A stretch of 64,000 bases of DNA from Thermodesulfobacteriota bacterium (GTDB lineage Bacteria; Desulfobacterota_D; UBA1144; Nemesobacterales; UBA2774), in assembly GCA_965216785.1 (NCBI GenBank), contig OZ244197.1, forward strand, positions 2,848,001-2,912,000. Direction: 5' to 3'. A program made the translations under genes and the position numbers. The notes beneath the pieces were generated by a model that saw only the letters and a program-made list of their open reading frames with translations, made no database searches and was not told the DNA's origin. Shown one piece after another: positions 20,690 to 30,522 of this stretch. The number at the start of each line of letters is the position of its first letter. Positions within the stretch are counted from its first letter, which is position 1.

Positions 20690-21400
20690 ATGAGATATAC
20701 AACCTATATTATTCCGCTATTCTTATCCCTCTTTTCTATTTGTTTATTTAATAGCAAGAATACTCATGCACAAACTGAGGGTTTTGACGTAAAGACTCCG
20801 ATCCAAATAATAGCCGAGGACTCTGAGAGCCTAGTTAAGAAGCTTATAAAAGATAGAAAGGATAAAGAGAGAGAAGCCGTACCAAAGAATATTTTATGCA
20901 GCGCTAAATGTATCGTTGTACTCCCAAAGGTAAAACCTGAAAACCAGCGGGATGATTTTAAAGGAACGGGTCTTATGAGCTGTCTAAAAATCAACTCTGA
21001 TGATCTCACCCCTCCGTTATTCTATGAGATTGACGAGCTCAAATCATTCTACGAGAGTGAAGGCAGCATTATAGTTTTCGTTACAAATGAAACCGGAGTT
21101 AAATCTATACTGGCAAATAGTATTGGGCTTACCTCGGATAATTCTCAGGCAGGGCCCGCAGGATTTAAAAATGAGGCTAAAACCTCTAAGTCTTATATCA
21201 CATACGCTAAGCCAAAGGGTGGAAGCTTAGAAGGATACGAACTAAGCGGCAGCGATCTGATTTACGGAAATAAAGATACGTTTAAAGCATATCAAAAAAT
21301 AATGGTGCCCATTGATATATTGCTGTATAGCGAAGATATACCGCCTGATCTGAGAGGTTTTGACTCAGCCGTCAAAGAGTTCCGGGCAGTTTGTAAATAG
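20690..21400 (+). CDS. Exported protein, degenerate YSC84/SYLF-like
   Basis: Signal peptide from ATG 20690; AKCIVVLP...GTGLMSC resembles the SYLF N-terminal half; AGPAG and ITYAK. Confidence 0.5.
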   Translation: MRYTTYIIPLFLSLFSICLFNSKNTHAQTEGFDVKTPIQIIAEDSESLVKKLIKDRKDKEREAVPKNILCSAKCIVVLPKVKPENQRDDFKGTGLMSCLKINSDDLTPPLFYEIDELKSFYESEGSIIVFVTNETGVKSILANSIGLTSDNSQAGPAGFKNEAKTSKSYITYAKPKGGSLEGYELSGSDLIYGNKDTFKAYQKIMVPIDILLYSEDIPPDLRGFDSAVKEFRAVCK

Positions 21401-21420
21401 ACTCAGCCCCCCTCAGGATA

Positions 21421-21645
21421 CTATTCGAAATAACAAGTCCCAGACTCAGGGATACCGCCGCCCTCATCCTGCTCTTCTTCGTATGAGTACTGGCAATAAC
21501 AAACTCCTATCTCTCCGCAATCATAAGATGTGCTGCACTGCTTTCCCTGTTTGCAGTCCTCACATTCTACAGGCTTTGCACTCATATAAAGCACGCCTGC
21601 GATAACAAATATAAATACAATAAGTCCGATTAATATCTTTTTCAT
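21421..21645 (-). CDS. Small exported or anchored Cys-rich protein
   Basis: GGAGG RBS before ATG 21645; hydrophobic N-terminus; seven Cys in ~50 aa. Confidence 0.65.
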   Translation of the reverse strand: MKKILIGLIVFIFVIAGVLYMSAKPVECEDCKQGKQCSTSYDCGEIGVCYCQYSYEEEQDEGGGIPESGTCYFE

Positions 21646-21872
21646 AATAGGAACCTCCATGAGATTGAATTGTCCTGTGCATATAAATAATTTTAAAGCA
21701 CATTATAGCACATAATAAATAGATGAGAGCTCAATTTCTTTCAATTACCCTATGCACTAAGAAGCTTGTACGGATCTTTACATAAACAGCTGTAATATGA
21801 TATTGTATATCCGTAGGTTGAGGTCTAAATTCAAGCCAAACACAAAATGAATCTATCTGATGGAGGGTAATT

Positions 21873-22691
21873 ATGACTACAAGAGTAGAAGTATATTTCA
21901 GGACTTATTTGTTTGCCGCTGTGGCTATCTGTTTTCTAAGCGCGCTTGTGGGAGTGCATACCCCGGCGCAAGCTCAAGATACAAACCCCAATATTGACCC
22001 GCAGGCTGCGGAAATTCTTCAGAATATGAGCTATTTCTTGGGCAGCAAATCTGAATATACATTTAAAGCGGACGCAATGTTCGACGTTTTGATAAGAGGT
22101 GAGCGAAAAATACAATACTCCGCAAGTGAGACTGTATTCCTTCAGAAACCCGATAAATTCACCATTGAATATGTAACCGATATAGGCGGGTATAAGATAT
22201 GGTACACAGCCGGGCAGGCAACGATATTGTCCTTACCGACTAACGATTTCACGTTGACCACGCTTCCGGGATCGATTGATCAGGCTTTGAATAAGCTTCT
22301 GGAGCAATATAGTTTTGCTCCCGCGCTGAGTGAGTTTCTGTTCATAAACACATACAGAGAGATGACTCAGAATGTAACTTCAGGCGCATATTTTGGATCA
22401 AGCAGAGTCTTTGGCACAAACTGTAACCACCTGGCATTTGTGCAGGAAAATATAGACTGGCAAATATGGATAGATGCCGGAAGGCGCCCTGTTCCCAGAA
22501 AATTGGTTATTACATATAAAAATCTTCCGGGCTCACCTCAGTTTATCGCTATAATCAAAGACTGGGTAACGGATAAACCGATTACGGGATATGCCTTTAA
22601 GGCAGACATACCGAACATTAACAGCCGTGTGGATATTAATCAGATAATGCAAAACCCAAAACTGGATATGGGAAGCATTAGGAATAAGTAG
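21873..22691 (+). CDS. DUF2092 family exported protein (LolA-like)
   Basis: Signal peptide; KIQYS, KPDK, CNHLAF-QE-IDWQIWI and PRKLVITY. Confidence 0.85.
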   Translation: MTTRVEVYFRTYLFAAVAICFLSALVGVHTPAQAQDTNPNIDPQAAEILQNMSYFLGSKSEYTFKADAMFDVLIRGERKIQYSASETVFLQKPDKFTIEYVTDIGGYKIWYTAGQATILSLPTNDFTLTTLPGSIDQALNKLLEQYSFAPALSEFLFINTYREMTQNVTSGAYFGSSRVFGTNCNHLAFVQENIDWQIWIDAGRRPVPRKLVITYKNLPGSPQFIAIIKDWVTDKPITGYAFKADIPNINSRVDINQIMQNPKLDMGSIRNK

Positions 22692-22743
22692 TATTAATAA
22701 GTGAATTGAAGCTTTAGATTAAAAAAATTTTGGATGGAAAAAG

Positions 22744-22778
22744 AAAAGTGCGCTGTATTACTACAGCGCACTTTTTTT
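22744..22778. terminator. Intrinsic terminator, probably bidirectional
   Basis: AAAAGTGCGCTGTA-TTAC-TACAGCGCACTTTT hairpin with A and T tracts, between convergent DUF2092 and csp genes. Confidence 0.88.
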
Positions 22779-22785
22779 ATAGTCG

Positions 22786-22995
22786 TTAGGCTATTACTAC
22801 ATTCTGGGCTTGCGGACCTTTTTGTCCGTCAACAACCGTGAACTCTACGCGCTGTCCCTCTTCGAGAGAGCGGTAGCCGGTGTCGTTGATTTCACTGTAG
22901 TGAACGAAAACGTCTTTTTCATTCTCAAGCTCAATGAAACCAAAGCCTTTTGTAGAATTGAACCACTTTACGGTGCCAATTTTACGTTCTGACAT
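22786..22995 (-). CDS. cspA: Cold-shock protein
   Basis: GTVKWFN, KGFGFI, DVFVHYS and KGPQA. Confidence 0.95.
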   Translation of the reverse strand: MSERKIGTVKWFNSTKGFGFIELENEKDVFVHYSEINDTGYRSLEEGQRVEFTVVDGQKGPQAQNVVIA

Positions 22996-23104
22996 ATTGG
23001 GCGTACCTCCTATTATAAAATTGGGTTATGCTAGCGGTTCAAAATCTCTTTTAGATGGGAATCTTAAATAGGACTAGAACTACTGCAAACTCATATAGGA
23101 TGAT

Positions 23105-23133
23105 AATATACTACAAAGAAGCAATAATGTCAA
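23105..23133 (-). promoter_or_regulatory. Sigma70 promoter of the csp gene, giving a ~100-nt 5' UTR
   Basis: Minus strand TTGACA-17 nt-TATATT. Confidence 0.7.
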
Positions 23134-23396
23134 TGTATAAAGGGGGTTTTGCTAATGAGATTTAAATAATAGAATAAAACATATCCGAGAATTAGATAAA
23201 CGCGTCGAATATAACAACAGGACATTCCTTCATTCAGAGACAGATGCCCAAGTACAGCTCAGATCCAAGAGATTTGCTCTCCAAACGCATACCAATTTAC
23301 ACTCCTTTACTATTTTGATGCTTTACACAAAATACCTTTTACATATGATATTGAGTTGCCGTATCTTTCTTGGTATAGTGACAAAAGTAGGTTGAT

Positions 23397-24221
23397 ATGA
23401 GTGAAGCACATAAATTCAGTTTTGGAGACAACTCGGTCGCCGGTGCTTACGACAGCGTTCTGGTACCTGTCCTTTTCGAGCCTTGGGCGGCCCAGATCAT
23501 CGAAGAACACCAGCCCTGGGAAGGCAGGTGCGTACTTGACGTTGCGACCGGCAGCGGAATCTTTGCACATCTAGTCACACCACAAGTAGGCCCAAGCGGG
23601 TCAGTAGTGGGTATAGACATTAACAGTGAGATGTTGTCTATAGCCATAAAACGATGCGCCGGCTTGACACCGGAAGTGAAGTTAATCGAATCGCCTGCAT
23701 ATCCTTTGGAAATCCCTAGCAACTCAATTGACGTAGTTGTTTGCCAACAAGGATTTCAGTTCTTCCCGGATAAAGACGCCGCTGCAAAGGAAATGCAAAG
23801 GGTATTGCGCGACGGGGGCAAAGTTATTGTTACCACCTGGCGCCCCGTAGACGAATGTCAGTTTTTCGGGACAATTTGCGATGCGCTTAGCATGATCGGA
23901 GAGTCTGAAATATCCGACATGATGCGCCTTCCTTTTGACTTCATGCCCGAATCGCAATTGAAAAACCATTTCAAATCGGCCGGTTTCGCGGATGTTCAGA
24001 TCAGCCGGCAAGAACAAGAGTTTCGATTAGAAGGCGGAGTAAAACACGCAATAGATGTTGCATACGCAACCCCTATAAGACCAAAGCTTCTGGCATTGCC
24101 TGAGGAAAGGCAAAACGCGTTCCGGAATACATTCGCCGAGCTTATAGGAGAACTTAGCGGCGGTGGAATCTCTATGGGACGTATGGTGTCTAATGTGCTA
24201 ACAGCCAAGAAAGAATTATGA
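23397..24221 (+). CDS. Class I SAM-dependent methyltransferase (UbiE-like)
   Basis: VLDVATGSG, GIDIN, DVVVCQQGFQFFPD and RVLRDGG. Confidence 0.9.
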   Translation: MSEAHKFSFGDNSVAGAYDSVLVPVLFEPWAAQIIEEHQPWEGRCVLDVATGSGIFAHLVTPQVGPSGSVVGIDINSEMLSIAIKRCAGLTPEVKLIESPAYPLEIPSNSIDVVVCQQGFQFFPDKDAAAKEMQRVLRDGGKVIVTTWRPVDECQFFGTICDALSMIGESEISDMMRLPFDFMPESQLKNHFKSAGFADVQISRQEQEFRLEGGVKHAIDVAYATPIRPKLLALPEERQNAFRNTFAELIGELSGGGISMGRMVSNVLTAKKEL

Positions 24222-24281
24222 CAAACGCCTCATGCTTCATTATTTACAATTCAAACATTAATCGAACTTAATGGATGGAAA

Positions 24282-27200
24282 CTAGACTTTCCCTTCTAGA
24301 AGGTCATCTTCAAACGCTATTATCCCATTTAGATTATCTTTATATTGGCTCGTATCGGGGAAATCGAGCGCGCAAATTTTATTATAAACAATTTTGATAA
24401 GCTCCTCGGTGCGCAAGAGCTCATCTTGACCTATCTCCCAATCTAAATCTATGAGCACCCCGTCCCTTGGCTCAACAAATTCGAGCATTCCCCGATTGAC
24501 TTTGAACTTATTACCAAAATCTTTTGAGTTCTCGACCAGTATCTTATAGAAAACAAGCTGTCTCCTATAGTTATATAAAAGCGTTTTTTCATAAGCGCTC
24601 TCGCCTTTCCAGTTTTTTTTGGCCTTACCCGTCTTAAAATCGTGAACCAGGATTTCAGAACCACCTAGCGGCACCATCTTATCAATCTTGCCCGACAGGT
24701 GAGCTTCACCTACCATAACGCCCTGATCATAGAAATTAAATTCTGAGAAATGTGACTTATCAAAGCTGCCGATCTTCTCCTTAAAATAAGCGCTGAGAGC
24801 TTCCCTACCCTTCTCGGAGTATTTCTTAAACTCCTTTGAATTCATTCTCTCAATGATAAGCTCCTGATCAAAGCGCTCAAGCACCTGGGAAAGCTCTGGC
24901 AGAGAGCCGGTTTTCTTTAAATGTTTATAGATAAACTCTATAGCGCTATGCACAGAAGAGCCGTAGGAGTTATTGTGGTTTTGTGATTGCGGGAACCTGA
25001 GCAAATTTTGAAGGAAAAACGAATGAGGACCGCCTCTTTGTACATTAAGAAAGTTATTTAGGTGCGTTACGCTAAGCCGGTAGTCCTCCACCAGAGTTTC
25101 GAGTACCTCCCTCTCGTCGTGAACTACCGGAGGGGCGTGAAGAGACTCCCATGAGAGCTCGAGCATAAACTCCAGCTCCTCCAGATTACCCGCGTCAGAA
25201 TCATGCTCTTTAGGAGTAAGGGCGCTACCTAACTGTAAATCCGGCCCTTGGTCCGGCGGCAATATGATAAACGGCAGGAGGGAGGATTCCCTGTTGTTTT
25301 CCTTGTACCGGTAGGATGTTAAATATACGTTGTGCTTCGCCCTCGTTAGCGCCACGTAAAAGAGCCTGAGCTGGTCATCCGAGGTATCGCTCGTAGGGGA
25401 TACCGGCAGATTAAGCGGCATCGGGAGCATAGAGCCCCGCCTTGCGCCCGACCAAATCTCTTCCTGGCAATTTACGATAAATACCGTGTCGAATTCAAGC
25501 CCCTTTGCCTTATGAGCGGTAAGAAGGTTCACAGCGTTTCGGGCGCTAAGGTACTTGCTGTCGTCTATAATAGGTATGTCGTTCCTCTCATGAAGCTCTA
25601 CAAGCTTAACCAGATCCTCGATTTTAAGGACGCTTTCTTTTTTATATTCAGCTATTGCCCGGATGAAAGCCTTTAGGCTTGAGAGAAAATTTAAATATAA
25701 AAGCGGGTTCTCCCTCCGTTTCTCTTCGCTGAAGTAATATTGCTTAAACGGGCTCAGAAACTTTTCCTGGGTGTTATTATCGGGAGCCGCATCGGGCCCT
25801 GATTCCTCTTCATGCTCGTTGTCGGGCGCAAGCTCTTCTTCAGTTCCCATTATAGCATCGAGCACCTTATCCAAGGACTCGCTCATGGACAGCGCGGCAA
25901 GCTCAATCAGAAACTCAGCTATATTATTTATCGATTTGTCCTCGTGTGAGAGCATTATTTCTGCCCAGCTCACCCCGTTGTCTCTTTGCTTATGCGCACG
26001 CCTGGATATTTCCCAAACCGTTTTCCTGCTGAGCCCCCAGAAGGGATAACTTAGAATCTGTGGCAACAGTTCGTCCGCCTCATAACGATTTTTTCTCGCA
26101 AGCGACGCGATATAACGGCAAATAGTGACAAGCTCCCTTACGTGAGGCTCTTCAAGGACATTTCTGTTTCTCTCATACGTAAGAGGCACCCCAAGCTTGT
26201 TTAACAGTGGAGAGAGTCTCTCGAGCTGACGGTGATAGCGCGCTATTACCGCAATCTCCGAGGGCTCTTTCCCGTCATCTATGAGCTTTTTGATCTCTGA
26301 AGCGATCCAGTAGTATTCGTGAAGACTCGTGGGAAAGGAATCGCAGGATATTTCGGCTTTTTTTTCAGACCTGATTTTTGAGGTGATACTCTTTTCGACA
26401 AAAGGCATCTTTGTCTGAAGCCGCTCCTCACTCTGGTCTATGACATATGACGCGATATCCAATATATCCTGGTCCGAACGGTAGTTGGAAGTAATCGTAA
26501 CCACTTTAGAATCAGGGTAAGTTTCGTGGAAATTACGTATGTTTTTAATCTGCGCGCCCTGGAATTTATAGATAGCTTGATCATCATCTCCGACTGCCAT
26601 AACATTTGGGAGCGGCTTAACATCCCCAGGCCCCGTAATTAACCTAAGGAGCTTCATCTGAGCGTCATTCGTATCTTGAAACTCGTCTACGAGAACATAT
26701 TGGTAGATGCCCCTGAGTGTGTGTTTCAGATCGTCATTATTCTCAATTCCAGAAATCGCGTCTAAAATCATATCGTCATAATCGTAGTATCTCTGAGCAT
26801 GTAAACGCTCCTGATACCGAGAGTACACGTGGGCCAGTGAAAGCAGCTTTTCAATATATAGAGTGTCTTTAAGTATGAGCGCTCCGTCATTGTCCTTGCC
26901 CGTCATCCCGTTCTTCCACTCTGTGATAGGCGTCGTTTTGGAGCTTTTGTCGAAATCGCTCAGAACACCCGTGAGGGAATTACTCACAGTATCTATAATA
27001 GAATCTATGCCGGGGAACGGTGAATCATCATGGCCGCTTGAGCTGAGCTCGCTTAGAAAATCTTTTATCGCGGCGGCGGTCTTTTTACTAATCCTTGATG
27101 AAAATACTGAATTAAGACCGGGGTTTAATTGCTCTAACTTTTTCTCATTGTACTCGACGACAGATCTAAAATCATCGGGAGACAGTCCTGCCTTTTTTAA

Positions 27201-27674
27201 TTCGCTTATTGCCGACTTTACGCTGCCGAGATACGCAAAGCCGCCCTCGGGGTGCATGTTCCCGAGATCGTCATTATGAGGCAGATCTGAAAGGATTTCC
27301 TCTAGAATCTCAATCTGAGTTATGTCGTCGGCAGCATTAAAAACCGCGCCTTTGTAAAAATACTCGGGATAGCTCTCAATTATGTCCACACCGAGGCTGT
27401 GAAAGGTGTGTATCGCCACGCTGTAAGCATCCCGTCCAATGAGCTCTGACAGTCTTTTCCTCATGTTCTGAGAGGCCGAGACTGTGAAAGTGAGACAGAG
27501 AATATTTTTGGGTGAAATTTCCGTCTGCCTTAGAATATTGGCCACCCTGAGACTTAGAATCTCCGTCTTTCCGGTGCCCGGGCCCGCGACCACGAGCAGC
27601 GGGCCGTCAATGTGGTCGACAGCCTCTTTTTGCTCGGGGTTTAGTTTTTTATAGCGCTCAGTGAATGTATCCAT
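24282..27674 (-). CDS. UvrD/PcrA-family SF1 helicase with C-terminal PD-(D/E)XK nuclease
   Basis: AGPGTGKT, VDEFQD, VGDDDQAIY, NYRS, TAHKAKGLEF and FYVALTRAK; nuclease motifs GKIDK, DFKTG and QLVFY. Confidence 0.92.
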   Translation of the reverse strand: MDTFTERYKKLNPEQKEAVDHIDGPLLVVAGPGTGKTEILSLRVANILRQTEISPKNILCLTFTVSASQNMRKRLSELIGRDAYSVAIHTFHSLGVDIIESYPEYFYKGAVFNAADDITQIEILEEILSDLPHNDDLGNMHPEGGFAYLGSVKSAISELKKAGLSPDDFRSVVEYNEKKLEQLNPGLNSVFSSRISKKTAAAIKDFLSELSSSGHDDSPFPGIDSIIDTVSNSLTGVLSDFDKSSKTTPITEWKNGMTGKDNDGALILKDTLYIEKLLSLAHVYSRYQERLHAQRYYDYDDMILDAISGIENNDDLKHTLRGIYQYVLVDEFQDTNDAQMKLLRLITGPGDVKPLPNVMAVGDDDQAIYKFQGAQIKNIRNFHETYPDSKVVTITSNYRSDQDILDIASYVIDQSEERLQTKMPFVEKSITSKIRSEKKAEISCDSFPTSLHEYYWIASEIKKLIDDGKEPSEIAVIARYHRQLERLSPLLNKLGVPLTYERNRNVLEEPHVRELVTICRYIASLARKNRYEADELLPQILSYPFWGLSRKTVWEISRRAHKQRDNGVSWAEIMLSHEDKSINNIAEFLIELAALSMSESLDKVLDAIMGTEEELAPDNEHEEESGPDAAPDNNTQEKFLSPFKQYYFSEEKRRENPLLYLNFLSSLKAFIRAIAEYKKESVLKIEDLVKLVELHERNDIPIIDDSKYLSARNAVNLLTAHKAKGLEFDTVFIVNCQEEIWSGARRGSMLPMPLNLPVSPTSDTSDDQLRLFYVALTRAKHNVYLTSYRYKENNRESSLLPFIILPPDQGPDLQLGSALTPKEHDSDAGNLEELEFMLELSWESLHAPPVVHDEREVLETLVEDYRLSVTHLNNFLNVQRGGPHSFFLQNLLRFPQSQNHNNSYGSSVHSAIEFIYKHLKKTGSLPELSQVLERFDQELIIERMNSKEFKKYSEKGREALSAYFKEKIGSFDKSHFSEFNFYDQGVMVGEAHLSGKIDKMVPLGGSEILVHDFKTGKAKKNWKGESAYEKTLLYNYRRQLVFYKILVENSKDFGNKFKVNRGMLEFVEPRDGVLIDLDWEIGQDELLRTEELIKIVYNKICALDFPDTSQYKDNLNGIIAFEDDLLEGKV

Positions 27675-27866
27675 CAGATTACTGTATTAATAATTATCAC
27701 TGAGTAATCCCCCTATTTCTATAACAGAACCTAAAGGACTCAATTGATAATATTAGGCAACCTTGCCCCTATCTTGCTGAATATAATGGTGTAAATATGG
27801 CTGATTCGGTGTAAATTATTGTATCTTAATAGCTGCGGTAGTAATCAAATATTTGGAAGCTTACTC

Positions 27867-30521
27867 ATGTTAGCAAAACAACTACGGAAATGGGCCGAGA
27901 GCCAGCCTGAGAAGACCGCCCTACAGATAAGACACGCGGACGGTGCTTATTCCAAAGTCAGCTACCGGGATTTGTATGACAGCTGCATCCGACTGCATGC
28001 AAAGCTTATATCCATGGGATTTAAGCCGGGGGACCGTATATCGGTATACGGAGACAATTCCCCAGAGTGGGTGATAGCCTACTTTGCTATTCATTTCACA
28101 GGAGCTGTAGTCGTGCCCCTTGACGCGCTGCTGGCATCGCAGGATATATATAACTTTCTTGAGTTCTCACAGGCTAAAGCCGTAATCGCGGACAGATCTC
28201 ACCTAGATAAGCTCAAGGAGGAACTTACAGCCAAAGGCTCTGATATTAAAGCACTATCGATGGAATCAGAAACCGTCGAGCCGGAAGAAAAAAAGCCTGT
28301 TGAGCCATACGAGGAGGACCCGGATTCTTTATTAGCCATACTGTTCACCTCGGGCACCACTGGGGTGCCGAAAGGAGTGCAGTTATCAAACGGCAACGTA
28401 CTAGCAACTATAAAAGCGATCCTCGAAGATATTCATCTGACTCCCGAGGACAACATTCTGAATATACTACCGGTCCACCACGGGTACTCATCCATCGTTG
28501 CATTGCTTACACCTCTTTGGGCCGGCGCTACCGTTACGTTCTCTGAATCAATTAAAAGTACAGATCTTGTTTCAGCGATCAAAGAAACAAAAGTTACTAT
28601 CTTCCCAGGTGTTCCAAGGCTTTTTGAGCTCTTGAATAATGAAATTGAAAACAGGGTCGAGCACCTTCCATTTACCCAAAAGATGGTGTTTAAAAGTCTT
28701 TTCAAAATCTCTGAAATGGCTTGGAAGTCTATAAATTTGAGGCTTGGCAAACTCTTTTTCGGGAAGATTCACGAGCCGTTCGGAAGGCAGTTCCGGTTTT
28801 TCACATCCGGCGGAGCAAAGCTCGATCCGAAAGTGTATAGAAGCTTCCTGAGCCTCGGGTTCAAGGTCGCCGAAGGGTATGGGATGACGGAGACAGCAGC
28901 TGTTTCCACTTTAACTTCCCCTGATAGCGTCACACCCGGAAGCGCCGGGAAACCGCTTCACGGCGTTGAGATTAAAGTGCATAACCCCGATGATACGGGT
29001 ACCGGGGAGATATGTATAAAAGGTCCGAACATTACGCCCGGCTACTACAAAAATGAGAGCGCGACGAAAGAGCTCATTAAAGACGGTTGGCTGCACACAG
29101 GGGACCTGGGGAATATAGATTCAAAGAACAACGTCTATATAACAGGAAGGGCAAAAGAAGTGATAGTGCTTCCTTCGGGAAAGAATATTTATCCTGAGGA
29201 CGTTGAGAATCAGTACAACAAAAGCCCTATTATAAAAGAGATTTGTGTCATACCGCTCTTTACCGAGAGCGGGAGCGTAAAGGGCCTGGGTACTGTTGTT
29301 GTTCCCAATATGAGGGAGATCAAGGAAAGAAACGTCTTTGATATCAGGGACAGAGTACGCTCTATCATATCTATGACAGGCTCGAGCCTACCCTCGTATA
29401 TGCAGATATCGGATGTACTTATATATAACGATGAATTGCCAAAAACCAGACTCGGGAAATTCAAGAGAAATGAGATTGAGAAGATTGCTGACCAGCTCAA
29501 GAGCGGGACTGAGATTAAGGAAGCTGAGCTAACACCCCAAGCCCTTGAGATACTGAACAAGCCTGTATCAGTGAAATTCCTGAAGCGCTTTTCCGAGATA
29601 ACAAAGCTTAAGGGGCCCTTTCATCCCGATGAAGACCTTACACTAGACCTTGGAGTCGACTCTCTCACATTGGTCGAGATTACAGCCCTTCTTGAAAAAG
29701 AGTTCGGGGTAATAATTGAAGAAAAAGATTATCCCGATGTGAGAACTATAGGAGATATTCTTGAGAGATTGCCCGAATCTGCTCCAAAATTTGTTCAAGC
29801 AGATACGGATATTGAGACATCGCTGGAAGCAGAAGCAACCGAGTCGATAGAGGAAGTATTTAATCTGAACCGCGGGATCTTTAAACGAGCCGTGATGAGA
29901 GTACTGCAGCTTTGTCTTAGGTTATTAGTACTGATCGCATTCAGGGCCAGAATTTATAACGCTCATAAGATACCAAAAGATAAAGCCGTGCTTATTTGCC
30001 CAAACCACCAGAGCCTGATCGACCCGATACTTATTTTCGCGCTCCTTCCCGGGCATATGCTAAATAGAATTTTGTTTACAGGATTCGGTGAATATTTCAG
30101 TAAGCCCCCTCTTTCGTGGATTGTGCAACCTATGAGGATCATACTGACCGGAACCAGCAGGACTAATACAGAGTCACTAAGGCTTGCTTCACAAGGCCTA
30201 AGGCTCGGCATGTCGTTATGCATCTTTCCTGAAGGGCAGAGAACCGATACGGGTAAGATCAAGGAGCCCAAGGTAGGAACGGGAGTGCTGAGCGTTGAAA
30301 CGGGGACGATGATCGTGCCTATTTACATTGACGGGGCGACTAAAACTCTCTCGCCGCTGCACCCGGGGATGGGCTTTCCGAATGTTACACTTACCGTGCT
30401 TGACCCGATAGAACCCGCAGGGGCGGATGAAGAGGAGAAAGAGCTGTTTCAGGAAACTGTTGAGAGGTGGAAAGAGGCTGTAGAAAAGTTTGAGGGGAGT
30501 AGTTCACTAAACTCTGGTTAA
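27867..30521 (+). CDS. Long-chain acyl-CoA/ACP ligase - ACP - PlsC-type acyltransferase fusion
   Basis: FTSGTTG, EGYGMTET and HTGDLG (adenylation); LGVDSL (Ppant Ser); NHQSLID and FPEGQR (acyltransferase). Start taken as ATG 27867. Confidence 0.9.
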   Translation: MLAKQLRKWAESQPEKTALQIRHADGAYSKVSYRDLYDSCIRLHAKLISMGFKPGDRISVYGDNSPEWVIAYFAIHFTGAVVVPLDALLASQDIYNFLEFSQAKAVIADRSHLDKLKEELTAKGSDIKALSMESETVEPEEKKPVEPYEEDPDSLLAILFTSGTTGVPKGVQLSNGNVLATIKAILEDIHLTPEDNILNILPVHHGYSSIVALLTPLWAGATVTFSESIKSTDLVSAIKETKVTIFPGVPRLFELLNNEIENRVEHLPFTQKMVFKSLFKISEMAWKSINLRLGKLFFGKIHEPFGRQFRFFTSGGAKLDPKVYRSFLSLGFKVAEGYGMTETAAVSTLTSPDSVTPGSAGKPLHGVEIKVHNPDDTGTGEICIKGPNITPGYYKNESATKELIKDGWLHTGDLGNIDSKNNVYITGRAKEVIVLPSGKNIYPEDVENQYNKSPIIKEICVIPLFTESGSVKGLGTVVVPNMREIKERNVFDIRDRVRSIISMTGSSLPSYMQISDVLIYNDELPKTRLGKFKRNEIEKIADQLKSGTEIKEAELTPQALEILNKPVSVKFLKRFSEITKLKGPFHPDEDLTLDLGVDSLTLVEITALLEKEFGVIIEEKDYPDVRTIGDILERLPESAPKFVQADTDIETSLEAEATESIEEVFNLNRGIFKRAVMRVLQLCLRLLVLIAFRARIYNAHKIPKDKAVLICPNHQSLIDPILIFALLPGHMLNRILFTGFGEYFSKPPLSWIVQPMRIILTGTSRTNTESLRLASQGLRLGMSLCIFPEGQRTDTGKIKEPKVGTGVLSVETGTMIVPIYIDGATKTLSPLHPGMGFPNVTLTVLDPIEPAGADEEEKELFQETVERWKEAVEKFEGSSSLNSG

Positions 30522-30522
30522 T

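Noticed and set aside
23134-23396. Small ORF or ncRNA between csp and the methyltransferase
   Set aside because: Only ~20-codon ORFs behind a weak RBS and no recognisable RNA structure
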